Numbered from the stretch's first letter, positions 9,504-19,849 are shown. The stretch: DNA of 64,000 nt from an uncultured bacterium (GCA_963713855.1 OY970209.1:416001-480000), one strand, 5' to 3'. Program-made: numbers and translations. The notes: generated from the sequence alone by a model not told the origin.

Positions 9504-10088
9504 ATGCTTCCCGACACTCTTTTTTGGATAGATTTGGAAATGACAGGGTTAGATCCTGATCGCGACACTATTATCGAAATTGCAAGTGTGGTAACGCAAA
9601 GTACTCTCGAATTTATCGCGCAAGGGCCTTCCTTTGTGATTCATCAACCTGACTCCATTCTTGATGCCATGGATGACTGGAATAAAAATCAGCACAGAAA
9701 ATCAGGCCTATGGTCCCAAGTACAAGCGTCCACCGTGACGTTACCTCAGGCATACGAGGCCACCTTAGCTTTTGCGACTCAGTACTGTAGACCTCGTATT
9801 ACGCCAGTATGCGGAAACTCCGTATACCAAGATCGTGCATTTTTAAGAAGACTCATGCCAGAGCTTGATCGCTATTTCCATTACCGGATCATCGATGTCA
9901 CCACGGTTAAAGAACTCGTACGTCGCTGGTATCCAAAAGATAAGTGTGTTTACTTTGAAAAAAGCACCGACCACAGAGCACTTTCAGATGTATATGCTTC
10001 AATAGAAGAACTAAAGCACTACCGTAAGCACTTTTTCAGAACTGTCGCTGAGCTAGAAGGCTTGCAAGAAGCCCAACCCACGTTTTAA
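9504..10088 (+). CDS. orn: Oligoribonuclease
   Basis: WIDLEMTGLDP, CGNSVYQDRAFL, HYRIIDV, HRALSD. Confidence 0.97.
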   Translation: MLPDTLFWIDLEMTGLDPDRDTIIEIASVVTQSTLEFIAQGPSFVIHQPDSILDAMDDWNKNQHRKSGLWSQVQASTVTLPQAYEATLAFATQYCRPRITPVCGNSVYQDRAFLRRLMPELDRYFHYRIIDVTTVKELVRRWYPKDKCVYFEKSTDHRALSDVYASIEELKHYRKHFFRTVAELEGLQEAQPTF

Positions 10089-10488
10089 CTGAAGCGAATG
10101 TGTTAAACTCTTCGCGCAATACCGTCTCAATTAAAAACCACTCAATTTTGCTTGACTCAGTCATATTCCAAACAAGGTTTGCTTTTTCGTCAGCAATCCC
10201 CGCATAGATAATGTCTATATGTTCTTTTTGGCCTTCTTTTATAACGTTACGCTGTATGCCAAAAGGCCTAACCATTCCACCGCTTACAGGAGCTTTTTCG
10301 CCAATAAGAGTAACTGTTAAGCCAGTTTCTTCTAAGCACTCGCGCAAGGCGGCATCTTCGGGGGTTTCATTGGCATCTATTTTGCCACCTGGTGGTAACC
10401 ATTTGCGGAGCTTCTTGTGATCAATACACACTGTTTTTGTAAAATCTTCGTTAAAAACGTAGACCGTAACGCAAAGCAGTCTTTCCAT
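10036..10488 (-). CDS. NUDIX hydrolase
   Basis: Nudix box GGKIDANETPEDAALRECLEETGL. Confidence 0.92.
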   Translation of the reverse strand: MERLLCVTVYVFNEDFTKTVCIDHKKLRKWLPPGGKIDANETPEDAALRECLEETGLTVTLIGEKAPVSGGMVRPFGIQRNVIKEGQKEHIDIIYAGIADEKANLVWNMTESSKIEWFLIETVLREEFNTFASVKTWVGLLASLLAQRQF

Positions 10489-10490
10489 GC

Positions 10491-11639
10491 TTATTCAAAA
10501 AGTAGAGTTTGAGCGGTAATTTCAAAGTAAGCATTTGCGTTTGACGGCACTGTAGCGTTTTCAGTAACTTGAGGTATAAGTGGCATTTGTTGTTCTTGCT
10601 GCCCTGGCCAAGTGCTCATTATCTCATTTTGCAGTTTTTCAAGTCTTAAAAGCAATTCTTTTACGTCAATGCCGTGTTTTTTAGCATAAGCTTTTACGAT
10701 TTGCTTTTTAATCTTTTTCCACCCATATTTTACAAGATCTCTAAAGCGCTCATGATCTCTATGCAAGATGTCAGTAATGCTGTGACGATTAGGAAGCTCG
10801 TGATCGTGATAATAAACTCTACCCTGATTATCGACGCTTACGGCGTTGCCCATAGTCCAATATCCGGTGTAAGCGGTAAGACGTACCAGAGAAGTAAGAA
10901 TTTCTTCATCCAATGCTAGGGGCGACTCTGAAAGAGGCGTTAATGGTCCGAGATAAAGCTCTACTACAACGTAGTTTGTATCTTCAACTTCGAGCGGTCG
11001 ACCCGGTATATGTACTAAATGGGTTTCTGGTATATGAATGTTTGTTATACCGAAAGTGCGTAATGCTTCTCGGGCGCGTAGATAGATCATAGCCCGGCTT
11101 ATGTTCTGGTACACTCTGCCATACAAAGGCTCTGCGTTAAATCGCTGCCATTCTTCTTGGGTTAAGATGCGCCCATAAGGGGTGTTGCTTTTTGTCCAGT
11201 GACCCGCATCCATAGATGCTAAGGTGTCAACGACATTTTGACGAGAAATAGCTACTTTCGATCGTTTTATAACCCATGCATTATCAACGTTGATGATATA
11301 AGAATGTCGATTTTCAATAAGAGGTACGTTGTTATCGACGAGTTCTTTGTCGATACCGGCAGCAAGCGCTTTTCGTTCTTCTGCTGAACCCGTAAAGAAG
11401 ATCTCTAGATGATCTGCTCCAGAAAGTATATGACCGATACCGTATCTTTCGATGAAGCCTTCTATCTGGCCTCTTACGTCGGGATCAAGCAAAGCCTCTT
11501 TTTCAAGTAGTTCAAGAAGATTTGAAGATGTGATTTCCTCACCGTTATACGTGCCGTACGATTCTTCCTTGGGTTGATGCATCCCATAAGCTGTTGAACA
11601 TGCTATTAAAATGAAGGTTGCTATATATCTATAGTTCAT
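10491..11639 (-). CDS. Secreted hypothetical protein, possible kinase-like fold (paralog B)
   Basis: Start moved to MNYRY at 11639 by alignment to the adjacent paralog; signal peptide; long identical blocks shared with 11629-12816. Confidence 0.8.
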   Translation of the reverse strand: MNYRYIATFILIACSTAYGMHQPKEESYGTYNGEEITSSNLLELLEKEALLDPDVRGQIEGFIERYGIGHILSGADHLEIFFTGSAEERKALAAGIDKELVDNNVPLIENRHSYIINVDNAWVIKRSKVAISRQNVVDTLASMDAGHWTKSNTPYGRILTQEEWQRFNAEPLYGRVYQNISRAMIYLRAREALRTFGITNIHIPETHLVHIPGRPLEVEDTNYVVVELYLGPLTPLSESPLALDEEILTSLVRLTAYTGYWTMGNAVSVDNQGRVYYHDHELPNRHSITDILHRDHERFRDLVKYGWKKIKKQIVKAYAKKHGIDVKELLLRLEKLQNEIMSTWPGQQEQQMPLIPQVTENATVPSNANAYFEITAQTLLFE

Positions 11640-12816
11640 TACGTTCCTTAATGAGTTTTTGACTCTCAAGCTCGACGCCAGAAAGATCAGGTGTATGAGC
11701 AACATTTTCTTGTGTCGTAACATTTGTTGTATGCTCTTCTTGACTGGAAGCTTGACGCACCAGGCTATCCATTATCTCTTCCTCTAGAAGATGCAAATTA
11801 TCAAGAAGCTTCGTTCCATCCACCGTGTAACTTAAACCACAACTATTAATTGCTTTAACATAGATGTTAATAACTTGTTCTTCGAGTTGGAGCCACCCAT
11901 ATTTAACAAGGTTTCTAAAACGAACGTGATCTCTATGCAAGATATCGGTAATGCTGTGACGATTAGGAAGCTCGTGGTCATGATAATATACGCGTCCCAA
12001 GTTATCGACGCTTACAGCATCTCCCATTGTCCACCAGCCTGTGTAAGCGGTAAGGCGTACGAGTGAAGTGTGGACTTCTTCATCTATCGCAATCGCTGGA
12101 AAAAGAGCTAACGGCGTTAATTCTCCAACGTGGCGTTCAACAACAACGTAATTTCTATCCTCGACCTCATAAGGTCTTCCTGGAATATGTACCAGATGAG
12201 TTTCAGGTATGTGAATGTTCGAGATTCCTAGCTTTAGTAGTCCTTCGCGTGCTCTCAAATAAACCATCGCCCGACTAACATTTTGATAGATCCTGCCGTT
12301 AAAAGGTTCGGCGTTAAAACGTGACCATTCCTCTCGACTTAAGAGACGCAAATATTCGCCTGGGTCTTGGGTAAAGCTTGGCTGACCAATTGTTGCAAAT
12401 GTATCACAAACGTTTTGGCGACCAAGATGTACTTTTGAACGTTTTATTAACCATTTATTATCAACGTTAATGATAAAGGAATTGGGAGCCGCGATAAGTG
12501 GAATCTTTTTGTCTTTTAATTCGCTCTCTATATCATCTGCAAGTTTTGTGCGTTCTTCTTCAGTACCCGTGAAAAATAGTTCTTGGTGGTCTGCTCCGGA
12601 TAAGATATGTGCTATGCCAGATGTTTCAATAAATTCTTCTAAGCTCTTTCTTACTTGAGGATCAAGCGGTGCTTCTTTTTCAAGAAGTTCTAAAAGATTA
12701 AAGGGCGTAATTTCTTCATCTTGATAGGTACCATAAGAAACTTTTTTAGGTTGCTGCATACCCTGCGCTACTGTGAATGTTGCTAAAACAATTGCAGCTG
12801 CGTATCTGTAGTTCAT
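11629..12816 (-). CDS. Secreted hypothetical protein, possible kinase-like fold (paralog A)
   Basis: GAGG RBS; signal peptide; shared HIPETHLVHIPGRP and YYHDHELPNRHSITDILHRDH blocks. Confidence 0.82.
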   Translation of the reverse strand: MNYRYAAAIVLATFTVAQGMQQPKKVSYGTYQDEEITPFNLLELLEKEAPLDPQVRKSLEEFIETSGIAHILSGADHQELFFTGTEEERTKLADDIESELKDKKIPLIAAPNSFIINVDNKWLIKRSKVHLGRQNVCDTFATIGQPSFTQDPGEYLRLLSREEWSRFNAEPFNGRIYQNVSRAMVYLRAREGLLKLGISNIHIPETHLVHIPGRPYEVEDRNYVVVERHVGELTPLALFPAIAIDEEVHTSLVRLTAYTGWWTMGDAVSVDNLGRVYYHDHELPNRHSITDILHRDHVRFRNLVKYGWLQLEEQVINIYVKAINSCGLSYTVDGTKLLDNLHLLEEEIMDSLVRQASSQEEHTTNVTTQENVAHTPDLSGVELESQKLIKERNEL

Positions 12817-12870
12817 TAGTTTCCTCTATTAACATCATATGAGAACAGTATATCACAGCTTTTACGGCGG

Positions 12871-14844
12871 TTACATACTCAAGGGGTTTGGAGTAAAAAA
12901 GTGACTGCTTTCAAATGCGTGACTTTGCAGTTCCCTATAAAGCCTTATAATCTCATTGATGTTTGCGCCTTTCAGGTACAACTTCCGAATATGCACATTC
13001 TGTATCTTATGTACTGGTGGTTGCGAGGGCCCCAGTAACTGAAGTGTACTTTTTTGAGCGTCAATGAAAGCTAGAAGCAATGTAGCTGCTCTATCCGCTT
13101 CTGCGTCAACGATTGTTTCGTTTCGGTGACGCATTTCGATCTCTGCAAATCGAGTGAGTGGGGGATAAGATACTTGGGCTCTTTGTGCAGTTTCGTAGGT
13201 ATAAAAATCTAAGTACTTTGTTTCGGTCAAATATGACCAGAGCGGATGGTCAAGCATGGTTTGTGCTATGACGAGGCTTTCAGGGTGGTATCTGCCCGCT
13301 CTACCTGCAACCTGAATAAGCTGCTGTAACGTAATTTCTGCTGCGTTATACGACGGCATACCTAAATGCATATCCGCCCAAATAATGCCCACAAGCGTAA
13401 CATTTGGAAAGTGGTATCCTTTGGTAATTGTTTGAGTTCCCACCAGTATATCGAGCTTTTGGCTTTCAAAGTCCTCCATCGTCTTTTGCCACATGCGTCG
13501 ATTAACCGTTGTATCTAAATCTGCTCGGGCAATGCGAGCTTTTGGAAACAGTTTTTGCAGAATGCTTACTATTTGCTGAGTACCGATGCCTTTTTTGATA
13601 AACTCTTTCTTTGCACAGGAGGTACAAGAAGAAGGAGTCTCTTTCTGCAACGTGCAGTAATGGCAGCGAAGTATATTTCCTTCGTGGAGGGTCAGAGAAA
13701 CCGAACATGAAGAGCAGCTTATTATAAAGCCGCACGACCCACACTGAATGAAAAAGCTGTATCCCCTTCTATTTATAAAAATGAGCGACTGTTCACCCTT
13801 TTTAAGTCTTTCGCCAAGTGCAGCCTCAAGCTCTTTACTGATCCAAAAAGATGTTCTTTTGACTATGTTTTTAAGCTTTACAATCTTAAGTTGTGGAAAC
13901 GCACCCTCAAAACGGTTATGAAGCGTTAATAACTTCCAGTTTTTTGTATGTGTGTTATAGAGCGAGCTGATTGATGGTGTTGCCGATCCAAGAAGAATAG
14001 GTATTTTATGGGCTGCAGCTCTCATAAGAGCAGCTTCTTTACTGTTTATTTTAGGGTGCTTTTTTTCTTGATAACCCTGCTCATGTTCTTCATCAACAAT
14101 AATAAGGCCGAGATCGGGCAGTGGAAGCAGTATCGGTAAATGAACACCAATTACAAGCGCACGCTGGTTGTTTTTGATAGCTTTCCACAGCTGCTTTTTT
14201 TCAGAAGCGCTTGTTGCTGAATGAAATCCAAAAATAGGCACTCTGTTGCCAAAATATTTCTTGAGCATCGTACTAAATTGAACAGCTAATGAGACTTCTG
14301 GAAGCATCAAAATCACCGATTTTGATAAAGCATGTGCGTGCTCAATGAGTGTTTGATAAATGATTGTTTTGCCCGAGCCTGTAACCCCATGAAGTAAAAA
14401 TGTCCCATGTTGAGAGTTTGTGATTGTGGGCAAGATTGAATCTACGACTCTTTGTTGTTCAGCCGTAAGAACAGGGCGAACAAGTAGCCCGTCGGAGCCA
14501 TTACCCATAACAGTGGGATCTTTCTGTTCCTTTTGTTGCAAAAAGCTTGAAAGCCTTTGATAAAGTACCCGAGGGTCAAGTACGTAGTAGCTGCTTAGAT
14601 TTTTTAAAAACGACTGGTACCGATCTTCGTTAAGACCGCTCTCATAACCATGAAGCTCTTTAATAGCGTACGACGGTGTTACCAAAAGCTCTTTACATTT
14701 GGTTTCTATAATGGCTAGCTCGAGCCTATTTTGCAAAGGAACCGTTACAATCATTCCTGCTTTAGGCTCCAAAGGCGAATCTAAGGGAATTTTATAAGTA
14801 AGCCTTCCTTGCCAGCCGTTAAGAAGCCTAACCGTAATATACAT
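12871..14844 (-). CDS. priA: Primosomal protein N' (PriA helicase)
   Basis: LLHGVTGSGKT, DEEH, GSATPS, NRRGYS, four CxxC, ILVGTQ, QVAGRAGR; start probably ATG 14844. Confidence 0.96.
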   Translation of the reverse strand: MYITVRLLNGWQGRLTYKIPLDSPLEPKAGMIVTVPLQNRLELAIIETKCKELLVTPSYAIKELHGYESGLNEDRYQSFLKNLSSYYVLDPRVLYQRLSSFLQQKEQKDPTVMGNGSDGLLVRPVLTAEQQRVVDSILPTITNSQHGTFLLHGVTGSGKTIIYQTLIEHAHALSKSVILMLPEVSLAVQFSTMLKKYFGNRVPIFGFHSATSASEKKQLWKAIKNNQRALVIGVHLPILLPLPDLGLIIVDEEHEQGYQEKKHPKINSKEAALMRAAAHKIPILLGSATPSISSLYNTHTKNWKLLTLHNRFEGAFPQLKIVKLKNIVKRTSFWISKELEAALGERLKKGEQSLIFINRRGYSFFIQCGSCGFIISCSSCSVSLTLHEGNILRCHYCTLQKETPSSCTSCAKKEFIKKGIGTQQIVSILQKLFPKARIARADLDTTVNRRMWQKTMEDFESQKLDILVGTQTITKGYHFPNVTLVGIIWADMHLGMPSYNAAEITLQQLIQVAGRAGRYHPESLVIAQTMLDHPLWSYLTETKYLDFYTYETAQRAQVSYPPLTRFAEIEMRHRNETIVDAEADRAATLLLAFIDAQKSTLQLLGPSQPPVHKIQNVHIRKLYLKGANINEIIRLYRELQSHAFESSHFFTPNPLSM

Positions 14845-14969
14845 AACGTACTTTCTAAAACTGATACTTAAAAAGGTACAGAGTACCTCCAATAAAAGCA
14901 AATACTTGACTATCAAGCACTTTTTTCTTTAGGTACTAGTCCTTAGATAGTGAGTGAAAGAGAAATAGG

Positions 14970-15265
14970 CGCCTACGCGGCGAGCGGCAGGACCCTCCAC
15001 TAATCGCCCTCTGCGAGGGCTGTTGCGGACCAATCATGCCTTACTTGGCATGGTATGGTTCCTGCACCTGTTGCTTGTTTTGCATGTTACATACTTATTG
15101 TGTATGAGATAGACCGGAAAATCCGGTCTATCTCATTAGCACATATACCAGAAAGGGAACCCCTTTCTGGTATATTAAATAACCATAAAAAGTTTAAGAA
15201 GGGTGTGGGTCAATGGGTCATAAAGCCTGGGTCAAGGGCACGCCCTTGCGCTCGCCGCGTAGGCG
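14970..15265. repeat. Structured dispersed element, copy 2 (expanded)
   Basis: Perfect 17-bp terminal IR cgcctacgcggcgagcg (14970-14986 / 15249-15265); same hairpins as copy 1, with an insertion in the loop of the first hairpin and another just before the last hairpin. Confidence 0.9.
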
Positions 15266-15300
15266 TATTCTTCTCCCATTTTTATGTAGCACAGAAAAAA

Positions 15301-15828
15301 TTAGGTCAGCGGTTTTTCTATAAAATCTAGGGCCGCCTTAGCAGCTTGATCAATGAGCACTTTAACCTCGTCCGGTGACTGGTTAAATTGTTCAAGGACG
15401 AAAATAGAAACGTTTTCAGGTTTTTCAGGTCTTCCAGTACCCACGCGTAAACGTACAAAGTCGCTTCCAGCAAAGGTAACGATAGACTTAAGTCCGTTAT
15501 GCCCTCGTGCGCTTCCACCGTGTTTTACCGCGACTTTTCCAAACGGTAACTCAAGCTCGTCATGCACCACAAGCATCTCTTCAGGCTTTATCCCCTGTTT
15601 TGTTAAAAAAGGAATGACTTGGCCCGACGCGTTCATGAATGTTTGGGGCTTTACAAGAAGAAGAGAATGCCCAGCGTGAGAAGTTTGCGCTATTTCCATA
15701 GTTTCGCGCTGTCGCCACGTAGCACCAAGTTGTTGTGCAATCGCATCTAGCACACGAAACCCAATACTGTGTCGGGTGACGTAATATTTCGTGCCTGGGT
15801 TTCCTAGACCAATAATTACTTTAATCAT
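15301..15828 (-). CDS. pth: Peptidyl-tRNA hydrolase
   Basis: GLGNPG, TRHSIGF, KPQTFMNASG, VVHDEL, GHNGLKS. Confidence 0.97.
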   Translation of the reverse strand: MIKVIIGLGNPGTKYYVTRHSIGFRVLDAIAQQLGATWRQRETMEIAQTSHAGHSLLLVKPQTFMNASGQVIPFLTKQGIKPEEMLVVHDELELPFGKVAVKHGGSARGHNGLKSIVTFAGSDFVRLRVGTGRPEKPENVSIFVLEQFNQSPDEVKVLIDQAAKAALDFIEKPLT

Positions 15829-15888
15829 GCATTCATCTCTAAGTATCAGCAAGTGGGGGGCTCTAAAATCCCCCCATCTTTGTGATCT

Positions 15889-16548
15889 TTAGGACTTTGC
15901 GGCTGGTTTTTCAAGTCCTGACGGTAATGCGGGAAGAGGAGACTTTTTTTCCGCTTTCTTTTTAGCTTCATATTCTCTATTGAGTAAATCAATAACGTCC
16001 TGAGTGATATTAGCCTTAGGATCAACGTCAAGCGCTATATCTGCTGGAAGGACCGCTCCGAGCTTTTTTTGAACTCTGAGATCTTTAGAAGCCTTTTTAA
16101 TATTTTCGTGCATGTCCATCTGGAGTTTTTGAACAGCGCGAGAATAGTATTTTTGAAGGTTCTTAATTTCGCTTGTAATTTCAGCCTCTTTAACAGCAAG
16201 AGCTTGTGTTTTGCTGTCGCGTGATTCTTCCGTAGTCCACTTACTGTTTGAAGGGTTATCTAATTCAGCCTTAGCTTTTTGGTATTCCTTTTGTTCAGCC
16301 TCAATTTTTGCATTTTTGGCCTCTAGTTCTGTTTGCAGTGCCTTGGCTTCATCGCGCCATTCATGCACTTCAGCTTCGGTCACATTTGGTGTCATTATTC
16401 TTGCTATTTCGACAAAAGCAACAGGCAAGTTGGAGGCCAAGACCGACGCGGGTACCGATGGCGCAGGAACTAGCTCTGAGCCTTTTTGAGCAAAGCTTCC
16501 GGTAGCTATTGATAGAAGAGCGATGGTCAATGTGTATCTAGAATTCAT
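15889..16548 (-). CDS. OmpH/Skp-like periplasmic chaperone
   Basis: Signal peptide, VAFVE strand, long coiled coil, C-terminal NITQDVIDLLN. Confidence 0.7.
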   Translation of the reverse strand: MNSRYTLTIALLSIATGSFAQKGSELVPAPSVPASVLASNLPVAFVEIARIMTPNVTEAEVHEWRDEAKALQTELEAKNAKIEAEQKEYQKAKAELDNPSNSKWTTEESRDSKTQALAVKEAEITSEIKNLQKYYSRAVQKLQMDMHENIKKASKDLRVQKKLGAVLPADIALDVDPKANITQDVIDLLNREYEAKKKAEKKSPLPALPSGLEKPAAKS

Positions 16549-16612
16549 ATAATTATTCCTCGTACAGGGATTAATAACCTATAGGCTTTACCTATTCTCT
16601 TACAAAGTATCG

Positions 16613-19276
16613 TTATTTAGACGTTGCGTCAATGGTCCCTCCCTTAAAAATGCGGCTCAATGCTTTACGGCATTCCTCAACAGCAAGTATCGAAGAGCTT
16701 ATGAGCCCCGCCTCAAACCACTGATTAACGCTCAAAGGAACTGTATGGAAAAGCAATTGTAGTAAGGGTACGTAAACAACCGCTATTTGAAGTGCTATAA
16801 CTAAACACGTCGCAGCTATTAACCAGCGATTAGTGAACAAACCCTTTTGGGCAATCGAAAAGCGCTCGGACCTACAGTTCCACGCATTAAACCACTGGAA
16901 CATAGCCATGCACACAAGTACCATTGTTTGAGCAGTTTCTATGCCAACAGAAAGCCAACGGTGATAAATAAAAAGTGAACCAATCGTCATAACTGCAGCA
17001 TCTATGCCAATTTTTGAAAGGATTGATGAATCAAAAAGTCTTCCTTTTGAATCTTTCCATCGGCTCGAAAGTAAGCCGGGTTCCTCGGGCTCCTGGGACA
17101 GCGCAACGTCAAGAAAACCGTCCGTTACCACGTTAAGCCAGAGTATTTGAGCAGCTCTTAAAGGTAATGGAAGGTTTTGAACAAACGCATAGATAACGAC
17201 AGCGACTTCGCTTAAGTTTGTTGAAAAAAAATACCAAATGACGCGCCGAAGCGTCGAAAAAATATGGCGTCCCTGCTCTATAGCTCGTACGATGCTGGAA
17301 AAGCTATCATCAAGAAGAACGATATCAGCCGCTTCTTTAGCAACATCCGTGCCCGCCACTCCCATGGCTATTCCTATGTCCGCTGCTGTTAATGAAGGAA
17401 CATCGTTAACGCCGTCGCCAGTCATGCCAACGATATGTCCCATATTGCGTAAAACTTTAATAAGCGCAAGTTTATTTTCAGGTGTAACTCGGGCAAAAAC
17501 TCGTATCTTTTCAAGATCCAGTAATGGAAGTTGTTCTTCAAAGGGACCATCAAGCTCGTGCGCGCTAACAGCGATCTCCCCCGGCTCGAGGATTCCTGTT
17601 TTAAGGGCAATTGTTTGAGCGGTTATTTTGTGGTCGCCAGTAGCCATAATTATTCTTACACCAGATGCTCGGGCCTTTCTTACCGCCATTTCGGCATCGG
17701 ATCGTAAAGCATCCTCAAGTCCTAAAAGTCCGAGAAAAGTAAAATGTCCTTTGTAGCTTTCAAATATTTTTTCCCAATCATCCTCGGCAAAAGGCTGATC
17801 CGCGCGCAAAATAGCTAAGCCAACGGTACGTAATCCACCAGTCAAAAAAGTTTGAAGTGATTTTAATGCATTATCAGGAACGAATGTGCATATTCCAAAG
17901 ACGGACTCAGGAGAGCCGGATGCAATGATAACGTATTCTTTGCCGTGCTTGAAAAACCCAGCTTTAAGCCGTTTTGTAAAACTGAATGGTATTTCATGAA
18001 GTTTTGAATATAGTTCGCGCGAAGCGTTAAGCTTGTATGCTAGCACTCCCAGTGCAGCTTCTGTCGGCTCGCCCTTTATCGTAAAGCTTTTAGTTGCTGG
18101 ATCGTATTTTTTTTCAGATGAGTCCATAAGAAGGGCTGCTTCAGCTAAAGGCATAAGATCGCGAAGTTCTTCTTTTTGGATTACAGCATCCTTATTCAAT
18201 ACATGCCCTTTAGGAACATAACCTTCTCCCGTAATTGTATAAAGAGTGCCATTCGAAAATAAGCATCGTACAGTCATTTCATTTCGTGTTAGCGTTCCCG
18301 TTTTGTCAATGACGATGGTATCCGCTCGCCCGAGCGCTTCACCCGCTTGTAGGCGTTTTACAAGAACATGCCGGCGGGCAAGCCTTCGAGCACCGGTAAT
18401 AAGAGCAATGGTAAAAACGATAGGAAGTCCCTCAGGCACAATGCCAATAAAAAGGGCAATAACAAGAGCAAGAAGATCACTGAGTGTTTTGCCCATTGCT
18501 ATGCCAGTAACAAGAAGTACTACGCACAGGATAAGTGCAAGAATAACGATGCTTTGCGAGAGCCTATGAAGTTCAATTTGTAAGGGGCTATCTTCATGCT
18601 GATGTTCTTGGGTTAGCCTTTGTATATGGCCTATTTGGGTCAAACCACCAGTAGCTACTACAATAGCCTCTGCCCACCCCGAAGTAACGGTTGTTCCTCG
18701 AAAGATCATGTTTGTCTGTTCGAAGATCGAACTTTCCCCAGCTAAAGTATCGCTATTTTTCTCAACACTGACCGATTCGCCTGTAAGAATAGATTCGTTT
18801 ACCCGCAGATTTTGCGCGCGAACAAGTCGTGCATCAGCAGGTATTTGGTCCCCCTCTTGCAAGATAATTAAATCTCCAGGCACTAGTTCTTGAGCATCAA
18901 TGACTTGCCGAGTCGACCTAATGACAATAGCAAAGAGCGGCACGAGTTTTTTAAGTTGTTCGAGGGTTTTTTGGGCATTTCTCTCATAGAATGTGCCAAT
19001 AAGCGCATTACAAAAAACGACAATAAGCGTGACAATGGCGTCGGTATAGTTGCCTAAAAGTATGATTAAAAAAGCTGCTATGAGCAGAAAATAAATAAGC
19101 GGGTCTTTAAATTGGTTAAAGAAAATTTTAAATAACGAGGGCAATGGCGCTTCGGGAAGCTTATTGAGCCCGTAAGTCTTAAGTCTTTGCTTAACTTGGT
19201 CAATAGAAAGACCAGTAACATCGTCGGTGTTAAAAAGCTTTATAAGCTCTTCCCGTTTTAAGGTATATACTTTCAC
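16613..19276 (-). CDS. P-type cation-transporting ATPase (type IIA/Ca2+-like)
   Basis: TGES, PEGLP, DKTGTLT, TGD, GDGVND motifs; about 10 TM segments. Confidence 0.95.
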   Translation of the reverse strand: MKVYTLKREELIKLFNTDDVTGLSIDQVKQRLKTYGLNKLPEAPLPSLFKIFFNQFKDPLIYFLLIAAFLIILLGNYTDAIVTLIVVFCNALIGTFYERNAQKTLEQLKKLVPLFAIVIRSTRQVIDAQELVPGDLIILQEGDQIPADARLVRAQNLRVNESILTGESVSVEKNSDTLAGESSIFEQTNMIFRGTTVTSGWAEAIVVATGGLTQIGHIQRLTQEHQHEDSPLQIELHRLSQSIVILALILCVVLLVTGIAMGKTLSDLLALVIALFIGIVPEGLPIVFTIALITGARRLARRHVLVKRLQAGEALGRADTIVIDKTGTLTRNEMTVRCLFSNGTLYTITGEGYVPKGHVLNKDAVIQKEELRDLMPLAEAALLMDSSEKKYDPATKSFTIKGEPTEAALGVLAYKLNASRELYSKLHEIPFSFTKRLKAGFFKHGKEYVIIASGSPESVFGICTFVPDNALKSLQTFLTGGLRTVGLAILRADQPFAEDDWEKIFESYKGHFTFLGLLGLEDALRSDAEMAVRKARASGVRIIMATGDHKITAQTIALKTGILEPGEIAVSAHELDGPFEEQLPLLDLEKIRVFARVTPENKLALIKVLRNMGHIVGMTGDGVNDVPSLTAADIGIAMGVAGTDVAKEAADIVLLDDSFSSIVRAIEQGRHIFSTLRRVIWYFFSTNLSEVAVVIYAFVQNLPLPLRAAQILWLNVVTDGFLDVALSQEPEEPGLLSSRWKDSKGRLFDSSILSKIGIDAAVMTIGSLFIYHRWLSVGIETAQTMVLVCMAMFQWFNAWNCRSERFSIAQKGLFTNRWLIAATCLVIALQIAVVYVPLLQLLFHTVPLSVNQWFEAGLISSSILAVEECRKALSRIFKGGTIDATSK

Positions 19277-19401
19277 AGTGGCCTTTTAGAAATAAGATTT
19301 TCTTTAAATGTACCATTATCTGACTAAAAAAAGTAGCTCGTACGGGCTTAATATAGAAGTGGTCTAAAGTTTTTGCAAAGTGATTAACGGGAATTGGTTC
19401 A

Positions 19402-19680
19402 TCAAGTGTATGGAACATTGGGCGCCGGAAATCGGGTTTTATAACGTGAGGACCATTGTAACAATGCTCTATGCGACACGTCGATAGCAAGCAACTGGGC
19501 CCCTTTTTGTAGTGCTCGTTTTTGCAGCTTTTTGAACTTATTGCGCGTAAGTGCTTTTAGTGCTTGTTGGAAAAGGTGTAAATGTGCTTGGACGTAGTAG
19601 CTGTACTTTTCATTACCATCTTGCTCTGCCGAATATGCGTACGTGGTAAAGCAACATATAAAAAAAAGTTTTTTGAGCAT
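19402..19680 (-). CDS. Small hypothetical protein with signal peptide
   Basis: MLKKLFFICCFTTYAYSA signal-like N-terminus; no recognisable domain. Confidence 0.55.
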   Translation of the reverse strand: MLKKLFFICCFTTYAYSAEQDGNEKYSYYVQAHLHLFQQALKALTRNKFKKLQKRALQKGAQLLAIDVSHRALLQWSSRYKTRFPAPNVPYT

Positions 19681-19849
19681 TCCGAGTCCCATAAGCATAG
19701 TATATGAGTGTAAGTCTACATGTTTTTTTTAAAGACGAATAGGTTTACATTTTCATGATTTGCCGGAGCGCTAAAACGCGCTACTTTACCAAGAGACTGT
19801 GGACAGCTAAAATGATAGGGGCAGTTTAGAATTATGCAAAGGAAGCTCT

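Noticed and set aside
15055..15330. 91-aa plus-strand ORF (and the 60-aa ORF at 2255-2437)
   Set aside because: They run through the palindromic element and into antisense genes; the frame is not preserved between the two element copies
19230..19490. 86-aa ORF as a frameshifted continuation of the 19402-19680 gene
   Set aside because: No recognisable domain or slippery site; it overlaps both neighbours and is more likely a chance frame over the ATPase upstream region
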